A stretch of DNA of 32,562 bases from an uncultured Planctomycetales bacterium (lineage in GTDB: Bacteria; Omnitrophota; Gorgyraeia; Aquiviventales; Aquiviventaceae), in contig CAYNXT010000003.1 of NCBI GenBank assembly GCA_964401235.1, positions 1 to 32,562 of the forward strand, given 5' to 3'. Position 1 is the first letter of the stretch. Every line of letters starts with the position of its first letter. Below are positions 7,964 through 14,574 of this stretch, in pieces. The translations under genes were made by a program, and so were the position numbers. Under the pieces are notes generated by a model. The model was not told where the DNA came from and made no database searches. It saw only the letters and a program-made list of their open reading frames with translations.

Positions 7964-8545
7964 ATGCAAAAAGGCGTGACCTCATGGTTTACCGGCCCCT
8001 CGGGGGCGGGGAAGTCCACGCTGGCAGGGTTGCTTTCTGAAGAGCTGCGCCGCCGCGGGGTCAATGTTGAAATCCTCGACGGGGATGAGGTGCGCACCAA
8101 CCTGAGCAAGGGGTTGGGATTTAGCAAAGAAGATCGTGACACGAACATCAAGCGAATCGGCTATGTCTGCAAGCTGCTCTCGCGCAACGGGGTCGTGGCG
8201 ATTAGCGCAGCCATTTCTCCCTACCGCGAAATCCGCGACTTCAACCGCCAGCAGATCGGTAACTTTGTTGAGATTTATGTCCAGTGTTCGATTGAAGCTC
8301 TCACCAAGCGAGATGTTAAAGGGCTCTATAAGAAAGCCTTGGCTGGCGAAATTCAGCACTTTACCGGCGTCTCCGATCCGTACGAACCCCCCCTGAGCCC
8401 TGAAATTACCGTCGATTCCGAGCGACAGTCCGTCCACGAAAGCCTTCAGACCATCCTCGGGTATCTTGAACAGCACGGCTGGATTCCTGCGGCCGGCGGC
8501 GGCGTTTCCCCAAAAGCCAGCGTCTGCTGCGGGCCTTCGGCGTAA
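7964..8545 (+). CDS. cysC: adenylylsulfate (APS) kinase
   Basis: P-loop [76 protein letters not shown]. Confidence 0.93.
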   Translation: MQKGVTSWFTGPSGAGKSTLAGLLSEELRRRGVNVEILDGDEVRTNLSKGLGFSKEDRDTNIKRIGYVCKLLSRNGVVAISAAISPYREIRDFNRQQIGNFVEIYVQCSIEALTKRDVKGLYKKALAGEIQHFTGVSDPYEPPLSPEITVDSERQSVHESLQTILGYLEQHGWIPAAGGGVSPKASVCCGPSA

Positions 8546-8566
8546 ACTCACTCCCAAGGTTACACC

Positions 8567-9286
8567 ATGAACCAGGACGCACTGTCTCCCCAAAGCATTG
8601 CCGAACTTCATCGGCGCTTTGAAACGGCCCCTCCTCTTGAGAGCCTTCGCTGGGCGGTCGAAACGTTTCGCCCGGATGTCGCACTCACGTCTTCATTCGG
8701 GGCCAAGAGCGCAGGCCTGATCCACATGGCCATTCAGGCGGATCCGACGATCAACATCCGCGTTGTGGACACCGGCCTCTTATTTCCTGAAACCTACCAG
8801 TTCATCGAGGAGCTCACACGGCGATTCAATCTCAACCTCACCATCATCAAGAGCAAGCTCGATGTGCCGAAATTCCTGAAGGAACACGAGGGTCAGCCGG
8901 TCGGGCACCCTGAGTTTTGCTGCAGCAAGCCATGGAAGGTGGAGGCGACTGAGCGCGCCTTGGAAGGGTTGCGCTGTTGGATCACCGGGATCAGCCGCAG
9001 CGATGCTGGCACACGCGCCAAGACGCCAATCGTCGAGGTACTGACAAGCGGCCTGGTCAAAGTCGCTCCGCTGGCGGCGTGGACGCCGAAGCAGCTTCAG
9101 GAGTATATGACCCAGCACGACCTGCCGTACCATCCTCTCTGGGCAAGAGGGTATACCTCGATTGGCTGCTGGCCCTGTACTCAAAAGCCAACCGACCCGA
9201 ACGATCCCCGCTCCGGCCGCTGGGCAGGCCAGGACAAGACCGAATGCGGCATCCACGACATCGGCAAACCACCACCTGAAGAATAG
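8567..9286 (+). CDS. cysH: adenosine 5'-phosphosulfate / PAPS reductase, Fe-S (CC...CxxC) type
   Basis: PAPS_reduct fold (LTSSFGAKSAGLIHMA). Cysteine pairs EFCCSKPWKVE and SIGCWPCT plus the C-terminal KTECGIH. Confidence 0.9.
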   Translation: MNQDALSPQSIAELHRRFETAPPLESLRWAVETFRPDVALTSSFGAKSAGLIHMAIQADPTINIRVVDTGLLFPETYQFIEELTRRFNLNLTIIKSKLDVPKFLKEHEGQPVGHPEFCCSKPWKVEATERALEGLRCWITGISRSDAGTRAKTPIVEVLTSGLVKVAPLAAWTPKQLQEYMTQHDLPYHPLWARGYTSIGCWPCTQKPTDPNDPRSGRWAGQDKTECGIHDIGKPPPEE

Positions 9287-9296
9287 TACACAGGAT

Positions 9297-9370
9297 ATTT
9301 CGGATTGGGAATGTCGAATTGCGAATTGAAAAGGCAAATCCGCAATTCGAAACCCGAAATTCGCAATTTC
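9297..9370. repeat. 7-nt-periodic GAATT-core palindromic array immediately after cysH
   Basis: tcggatt gggaatg tcgaatt gcgaatt gaaaagg caaatcc gcaattc gaaaccc gaaattc gcaattt. aattgcgaatt (9317-9327) is the exact reverse complement of aattcgcaatt (9358-9368), and alternative pairings are possible. Confidence 0.8.
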
Positions 9371-9695
9371 TCTTGCAGTCCCTAATTGCCGGTGCTAAGC
9401 TAACTATTGAGCCCTGCGCTGTGCGTGAGGTTCCAGTCAACGTGAGCCAACACCACGTGACCGGGAATCCAAATTCCGTTGGGGCAGGCATGCCCGGATG
9501 TAACTCAGGGACGCGAATCCCCCTCGGAGAGGGTACCCACCTGTTGAGGAAGGGTTCAACGTGGACGGGACCCACGGCAGACGCGGGGTTGTTTTTGTTC
9601 TTAGCCATAATGCTTGCGGGGCGTCGTTTCGTTAGGCAAGATATTTTTAACCGCAGTCTGTCGAAGGATCGAGACGGATAAAGAGGCAAAGAGGC

Positions 9696-9950
9696 ATGAG
9701 TCGTAGGGTGAAAATTATGATTCAAGGACAAGCGCGCGAAGCTGAGGCCATTGAAGTGCACCAAACCAGCGAGCACTGGAGTCAATATCTTCTCGAAGAT
9801 GGGGCAATTCTGAAATTGAAACCAGTCACAACAGATATTTTCAGGGTTATCGGCGAGTATGATGCGGAAGGAAACCCTGTCTATGTGGTGAAATCTCGAA
9901 ATATCCTCGCTGTTCAATCTCCGGAGCAGCTTCGCAAGCCGGCGGACTAG
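9696..9950 (+). CDS. hypothetical small protein (84 aa), first ORF of the low-GC islet
   Basis: AGAGG lies 9 nt upstream of the ATG. By hand count the ORF is about 48% GC, against high-50s to 60s in the flanking genes. Stop-start gaps to the next two ORFs are 5 and 15 nt. I recognise no family. Confidence 0.55.
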   Translation: MSRRVKIMIQGQAREAEAIEVHQTSEHWSQYLLEDGAILKLKPVTTDIFRVIGEYDAEGNPVYVVKSRNILAVQSPEQLRKPAD

Positions 9951-9955
9951 TACGG

Positions 9956-10417
9956 ATGGAGAGTCTCCGAAACCTTATTGATTCGACCAAGACCGAAATC
10001 CCAGAACCCCTGAGACGATCTATAGGAAAGATCGGACGACGGCAATTGAGATCGAACAGCTGGAAGGTCATTGCCAGCGACAGGGCGACAATTTTCACCA
10101 GCAGCGCGGAGAAGCAACCGAGCATCGGATTCGCAACACTTAGTAATCTGCACGACAACGATACGGTACTCGACTCCATTATCAATATCGTTGGTCAACA
10201 GCTACTGGCAATTCCAGGAGTGCAATCAGTTTACATTGATATTGACAAAGAACTTACTACGCTCAGCGTATGGACTATCTTAGGCCGTGCAGACGAAGTG
10301 AGTCGCAAGCGAGTGTACAAGACGGAGCTAGAACTAATTGATGAATTTCCAGTATTCGTGTTTAATTTTCGAACGACCGACCAAGCGGGCGAAGATACAC
10401 CGAGCTCCGCCGGCTGA
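9956..10417 (+). CDS. hypothetical protein (153 aa), second ORF of the islet
   Basis: Same strand and tightly packed, low GC. The C-terminal half (VQSVYIDIDKELTTLSVWTILGRADEVSRKRVYKTELELIDEFPVFVFNFR) looks like an alternating beta/alpha fold. No catalytic motif was recognised. Confidence 0.55.
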   Translation: MESLRNLIDSTKTEIPEPLRRSIGKIGRRQLRSNSWKVIASDRATIFTSSAEKQPSIGFATLSNLHDNDTVLDSIINIVGQQLLAIPGVQSVYIDIDKELTTLSVWTILGRADEVSRKRVYKTELELIDEFPVFVFNFRTTDQAGEDTPSSAG

Positions 10418-10432
10418 GGAAACGAAGCTTTT

Positions 10433-10753
10433 TTGGACGCCGTGGCGCAGCTCCAGAGCCGATTTCCTGACTGGACGGTCGTCGGAACATTTTATGCGGC
10501 ATTGCATTACGTCGACGCCTATTTTGCGCTCAGGCAGTTTCACCCTCCCACGCATCACCAGCGCAGTGCCTATTTGGCGAGAATGCGAGAAGTGAGGACG
10601 GTCTATCCAGAGTATCGCATGCTTGAGGATATCAGCCGCGACGCACGGTATACGAACCAGCCCATCACACCCGAACACGTTACAAGCAGCGTGCAGACAT
10701 TTCGCAGAATCAAGACGCGCATCCTCCCTCTCCTCCCGACTGCTTCGACTTGA
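10433..10753 (+). CDS. hypothetical all-helical small protein (106 aa), third ORF of the islet
   Basis: TTG start 12 nt after GAGGA. FYAALHYVDAYFALRQFHPPTHHQRSAYLARMREV...SRDARY suggests a helical bundle with conserved-looking H/R residues. The family is unassigned. Confidence 0.5.
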   Translation: MDAVAQLQSRFPDWTVVGTFYAALHYVDAYFALRQFHPPTHHQRSAYLARMREVRTVYPEYRMLEDISRDARYTNQPITPEHVTSSVQTFRRIKTRILPLLPTAST

Positions 10754-10815
10754 ACGTACTCAAACTACCAAACGAGCGCGACTCGCTCGCCAGTCGGCCG
10801 TGACACGACAAGTTC

Positions 10816-12156
10816 ATGGACTTATTTGAATCAGAAAAACCTCAGACGACCACAGCACCTCCGAAGCCGCTTGCCGTGCGGACGCGGCCGAGGACGCTCG
10901 AGGAGTTCGTCGGTCAGCGGCATTTGGTCGGGCCCGGGCAACTCTTGCGACGGGCCATTGAGGCCGACCGGATGACCTCCGTCATCCTCTACGGGCCGCC
11001 TGGCTGTGGGAAGACCGCTCTTGCGCACATCATTGCCCACGTCACCAAGTCGCGCTTTGAGATGCTCAATGCCACCTCAGCCGGGGTTGAGGAGCTGCGC
11101 AAAGCGATCGTACGCGCCAAGGAACAGGTGCGAGCGGACGGCAAGCGCACGATTCTGTTCATCGACGAGATCCACCGCTTCAATAAAGCCCAGCAAGATG
11201 TGCTCATGCCCGATGTGGAGCAGGGCAATCCCATCTTAATCGGTGCGACCACCTTCAATCCGTTTTTTGCCATTGTGCCGGCGCTGGTCTCCCGTTCCAT
11301 CGTCTGCGAGCTCAAACCGCTCTCACCAGAGGATCTCTTGGCGCTCTTGCGCCGGGCGCTGGAAGACAAGGAGCGTGGTTTAGGGACACTACAACTCCTC
11401 GTGGACGAAGACGCCTTACGCCATTTAGCCACGGTGTGTGATGGCGATGCACGCCGAGCACTCAATGGACTGGAAGTCGCTGCCCTGACCACCCCAAAGG
11501 GCACGGATGGCAAGGGGCACGTCACCCTCAAGGACGTCGAAGCCTCCATCCAGAAAAAAGCGGTGGTCTACGATGGAAATGAAGACGCGCACTATGACAC
11601 GATCTCAGCCTTTATCAAATCGATGCGCGGCTCAGACCCGAACGCGACGCTCTACTGGCTCGCGAAGATGCTTTATGCCGGCGAAGATCCGCGTTTTATC
11701 GCGCGACGGATCGTGATTTGCGCGGCGGAAGATGTCGGGAACGCCGATCCACAGGCCCTCGTCGTTGCGACTTCCGCGATGCAGGCCTCCGAGTTTGTGG
11801 GACTGCCAGAGGGGCGCATTCCGCTGGCCCAAGCCGCGGTCTACGTGGCGTGTGCGCCGAAATCCAACGCAGCCTACCTGGGCATCGAAAAAGCGATGAA
11901 AGATGTCGAGTCCGGCCGGAGCTTTGAGGTTCCACAACATTTGAAGGATGCGCACTACTCTGGTGCGAAGAAACTTGGGCGGGGCAAAGGCTACAAATAT
12001 GCCCACGATTATGAGGACCACCACGTGAAGCAGGAGTACTTGCCGGAAGGCGAGCGACCCGTCTATTACGAACCCACGGATCTAGGCTACGAAAAAACCA
12101 TCAAAGCCTGGCTCGAGCAATTGCAAAATCGGGGACAGCCACCGATTTCAAGGTAA
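10816..12156 (+). CDS. rarA: replication-associated recombination protein A (MgsA/WRNIP1-type AAA+ ATPase)
   Basis: RPRTLEEFVGQRHL, Walker A GPPGCGKTALA, ILFIDEIHRFNKAQQD, and the C-terminal MgsA domain (YDTISAFIKSMRGSDPNATLYWLAKML). Confidence 0.95.
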   Translation: MDLFESEKPQTTTAPPKPLAVRTRPRTLEEFVGQRHLVGPGQLLRRAIEADRMTSVILYGPPGCGKTALAHIIAHVTKSRFEMLNATSAGVEELRKAIVRAKEQVRADGKRTILFIDEIHRFNKAQQDVLMPDVEQGNPILIGATTFNPFFAIVPALVSRSIVCELKPLSPEDLLALLRRALEDKERGLGTLQLLVDEDALRHLATVCDGDARRALNGLEVAALTTPKGTDGKGHVTLKDVEASIQKKAVVYDGNEDAHYDTISAFIKSMRGSDPNATLYWLAKMLYAGEDPRFIARRIVICAAEDVGNADPQALVVATSAMQASEFVGLPEGRIPLAQAAVYVACAPKSNAAYLGIEKAMKDVESGRSFEVPQHLKDAHYSGAKKLGRGKGYKYAHDYEDHHVKQEYLPEGERPVYYEPTDLGYEKTIKAWLEQLQNRGQPPISR

Positions 12157-12158
12157 GA

Positions 12159-12374
12159 TTGGATCTTCGGCGACTGGACCAATCCACCGTCCGTCGCGTG
12201 ATCGAGCAGCTCGAGCGAACCCTTTCAGAGAACCCTCAGGCGGGTAGCCCCCTCAGCGGAGAGTTTCATGGATTGTGGAAGCTGCGTGTCGGCGACTATC
12301 GCGTTGTGTATGCTAAGACATCCGACGGCGTCCTGGTGTTGCGGATCAGGCACCGAAAAGATGTGTGTCGCTAA
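12159..12374 (+). CDS. RelE/ParE-superfamily toxin-like ORF, N-terminally truncated, with no antitoxin partner
   Basis: ...NPQAGSPLSGEFHGLWKLRVGDYRVVYAKTSDGVLVLRIRHRKDV matches the RelE/ParE C-terminal core. The only start is a TTG 3 nt after the rarA stop, and the first ~10-15 aa of a normal RelE are missing. Confidence 0.5.
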   Translation: MDLRRLDQSTVRRVIEQLERTLSENPQAGSPLSGEFHGLWKLRVGDYRVVYAKTSDGVLVLRIRHRKDVCR

Positions 12375-12397
12375 TCGCGCTACTTGATATAACCCTA

Positions 12398-12443
12398 CTA
12401 TATTAGTAATCTATATTAGATAATTTAGAATTTTATATTGACA
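12398..12443 (+). promoter_or_regulatory. AT-rich promoter/operator-like region upstream of sat: 13-14-nt direct repeat and a perfect TTGACA
   Basis: ctatattagtaat (12398-12410) and ctatattagataat (12411-12424) are tandem. TTGACA sits at 12438-12443. GC is about 24% over 12391-12460 by hand count. The best -10 at 17-nt spacing (cattct) is weak. Confidence 0.4.
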
Positions 12444-12471
12444 GGTTTGGTCATATATGGCATTCTTGCGA

Positions 12472-12500
12472 GGCCGCTGCAGAAGCGGTCGTTTTTGTTT
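12472..12500 (+). terminator. intrinsic-terminator-like hairpin plus U-tract, 33 nt upstream of sat
   Basis: ggccgc-tgcagaa-gcggtc (6 bp including one G-U) followed by gtttttgttt. It could terminate rarA/relE transcripts or act as a leader attenuator for sat. Confidence 0.45.
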
Positions 12501-12532
12501 GCGAATAGATCATCTAACACCAAAGGTGGCGC

Positions 12533-13705
12533 ATGATTCAGGCACATGGCGGGGCGTTGGTCAATCGGATCGTTGAGGGCAAAGAACGAGAGGCGCTATT
12601 GGGAAAGGCCTCCGCGTTACCCCAACTCGAACTGGATGCCTGGGCTCTTTCTGATATTGAGATGATTAGTATCGGCGGTTTTAGCCCGCTCCACGGCTTT
12701 ATGACGAAAGCCGACTATGAAAGCGTGGTGGTGAACCGGCGGCTCAAGAGCGGGTTGGTCTGGACTATTCCAGTCACATTCGCGGTGAGCCGCGAGCAAG
12801 CCAAGAGCTTGAAGGGCGACATTGCGCTCACGTCAAGCGGAACGGTCGTGGCGATTCTCCATCTCGAGGAAGCTTACACGCCGGACAAAATGCAAGAAGC
12901 GCAGCAGGTGTTGAAGACGACCGACGCTTCCCATCCCGGCGTGAAACGGCTTGAAACCATTGGCGACACCTATCTTGGAGGTCGCGTGAGCGTCGTGAAT
13001 CGGCCCAAGGCCGCCACGTTTCTTCAGTATCGACTCGATCCCCAAGAGACACGGCGCCTCTTTGCCGAGCGCGGGTGGAAGCGCATCGTCGCGTTTCAAA
13101 CCCGCAATCCCATCCATCGAGCGCATGAGTATCTCCAAAAGTGCGCGCTGGAGATGTGCGATGGCATGCTGCTGCACCCGATCGTCGGGGAAACCAAAGG
13201 CGACGATATCTCTGCGGCTGTGCGCATGAAAAGCTACGAGGTGCTGCTGGCCAATTACTATCCGAGGGATCGAGTCCTCCTGGCCGTCAACCCCGCCTCC
13301 ATGCGCTATGCCGGGCCGCGCGAGGCGATCTTTCACGCGCTGATCCGGAAAAACTATTGCTGCACCCACTTCATCGTCGGGCGCTATCATGCCGGGGTCG
13401 GGAAGTTCTACGTGACCTACGACGCGCAGCGGATCTTCGACGACTTCGCGCCGGAGGAGATCGGGATTACCCCGTTGTGCTTTGAGAACACGGCCTACTG
13501 CACAGTGTGCGGCAGCATGGTGTCTAGCAAAACGTGTCCGCATGCCCCTGAGCAGCATGTGAGCCTGAGCGGGACTAAGGTGCGCGAGCTGCTCCTTGCC
13601 GGCACCCCACCGCCTCCTGAAGTATCGCGGGCGGAAGTCGCCGCGGTGCTCATCGAGGCGATGCGTCACTCGGTTGAGCCGGTTAGGTTAGATGAACGGA
13701 CTTAA
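12533..13705 (+). CDS. sat: sulfate adenylyltransferase (ATP sulfurylase), homo-oligomeric Sat type
   Basis: PUA-like N-domain, FQTRNPIHRAHEYL, HPIVGETKGDDI, FIVGRYHAGVG (variant of GRDHAG). SD AGGTGG is upstream. Confidence 0.92.
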   Translation: MIQAHGGALVNRIVEGKEREALLGKASALPQLELDAWALSDIEMISIGGFSPLHGFMTKADYESVVVNRRLKSGLVWTIPVTFAVSREQAKSLKGDIALTSSGTVVAILHLEEAYTPDKMQEAQQVLKTTDASHPGVKRLETIGDTYLGGRVSVVNRPKAATFLQYRLDPQETRRLFAERGWKRIVAFQTRNPIHRAHEYLQKCALEMCDGMLLHPIVGETKGDDISAAVRMKSYEVLLANYYPRDRVLLAVNPASMRYAGPREAIFHALIRKNYCCTHFIVGRYHAGVGKFYVTYDAQRIFDDFAPEEIGITPLCFENTAYCTVCGSMVSSKTCPHAPEQHVSLSGTKVRELLLAGTPPPPEVSRAEVAAVLIEAMRHSVEPVRLDERT

Positions 13706-13735
13706 CGGGTAAACGGGACAACGGGTAAACGGGCA
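13695..13735 (+). repeat. one-armed 8-nt tandem array (AACGGGNN x4 plus a degenerate copy) forming the whole sat-ABC spacer
   Basis: aacggactt aacgggta aacgggac aacgggta aacgggca. It starts inside the last sat codons and ends at the A of ATG 13735. Confidence 0.85.
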
Positions 13736-14574
13736 TGCAGGTTGAGCTTCAACACGTTCACAAATCGTTTCGCCAGAACGGCCGCGCCATCGAGGTGCTC
13801 CAAGACATCAACCTCACCGTTGCCGAAGGAGAGTTTGTGTGTGTCCTGGGCCCGACAGGCTGCGGCAAGAGCACCGTGATCAATCTCGTCGCCGGGCTTG
13901 ACGCGCCCGATACCGGCCGCGTGCTAGTGGATGGCCGGCCAATCAGCGGCCCGGGGCCGAGGCGTATCGTCGTGTTTCAGGACGCCGCGCTGTTTCCTTG
14001 GCTCACGGTCTTAGGCAATGTCGAGTTCGGACTTCGGATGGCGAACGTGCCAAAAAATGAGCGCCGCGTGCAGGCGATGGCCTACATCAAGCTGGTGCAC
14101 CTCTCGAAATTCGCCCATGCGTATCCCCACCAGCTCTCCGGAGGAATGCGCCAGCGCGTGGCCATTGCGCGCGCACTGGTCATGCAACCGGAAATTCTGC
14201 TGATGGACGAACCCTTCGGCGCGCTGGATGCTCAAACGCGCGCCGTCCTACAAGATGAGCTGTTGGATATTTGGCACAAGACACGGTGCTCGATTCTTTT
14301 TGTGACGCACAGTGTGCGCGAAGCGGTTGGATTGGCGGACCGAGTCTATGTGCTGTCTGCGCGGCCGGCGCGCGTGCGCGACATCGAACGCATCGAAGTC
14401 CCTCGGCCGCGGCAGGCCGATGAGCCCCTGCTAGGGGTCTACCAGCGCAAGGTGTTGGTATCACTGGGGGAGGAGATTGAAAAAGTTCTGCGCGAGGAGC
14501 TGGGAGAGTCCGTTCGCTACCCTGAACGGGTGCAGCGGCCGGACGGCGATCGTACACGGGGCATGCACATTTAA
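13735..14574 (+). CDS. ABC transporter ATP-binding protein, nitrate/sulfonate/taurine (NitT/TauT) family
   Basis: Walker A GPTGCGKST, signature LSGGMRQRVAIARAL, Walker B ILLMDEPFGALD. Confidence 0.9.
   Translation: MQVELQHVHKSFRQNGRAIEVLQDINLTVAEGEFVCVLGPTGCGKSTVINLVAGLDAPDTGRVLVDGRPISGPGPRRIVVFQDAALFPWLTVLGNVEFGLRMANVPKNERRVQAMAYIKLVHLSKFAHAYPHQLSGGMRQRVAIARALVMQPEILLMDEPFGALDAQTRAVLQDELLDIWHKTRCSILFVTHSVREAVGLADRVYVLSARPARVRDIERIEVPRPRQADEPLLGVYQRKVLVSLGEEIEKVLREELGESVRYPERVQRPDGDRTRGMHI

Noticed and set aside
9371-9400. SAM-I riboswitch-like words (ggtgctaa; agggactg) near sulfur genes
   Set aside because: The two words lie on opposite strands (ggtgctaa on +, agggactg on -), whereas the SAM-I aptamer needs both on the same strand in the opposite order. 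No P1-P4 architecture can be drawn.
9505-9535. tRNA/tmRNA-like T-arm (gggacgcgaatcccc) that might mark an integration site for the islet
   Set aside because: The stem has only 4 bp and the loop does not fit GTTCRANYC. No acceptor, D or anticodon arms can be built around it, and there is no CCA-proximal acceptor pairing.
9057-9917. 286-aa minus-strand ORF, and the 120-aa + ORF 9319-9681, covering the non-coding gap after cysH
   Set aside because: The minus ORF overlaps the 3' end of cysH and ORF 1 of the islet and runs through the heptad palindrome. Neither has an SD or a recognisable fold. I treated the region as non-coding or structured RNA instead.
9287-12532. The islet plus RelE remnant as a recognisable mobile element (IS, integrative element or prophage)
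   Set aside because: I could find no transposase, integrase, recombinase or phage structural gene, no terminal inverted repeats bracketing the whole region, and no flanking direct repeats. Only compositional deviation and gene content suggest foreign origin.
12833-13669. 278-aa minus-strand ORF antisense to sat (similar cases: 7982-8611 antisense to cysC, 16984-17703 antisense to cysM, 10989-11549 antisense to rarA)
   Set aside because: All are nested in well-supported + strand genes and show low-complexity Arg/Pro/Gly-rich translations. There is no independent evidence for them.
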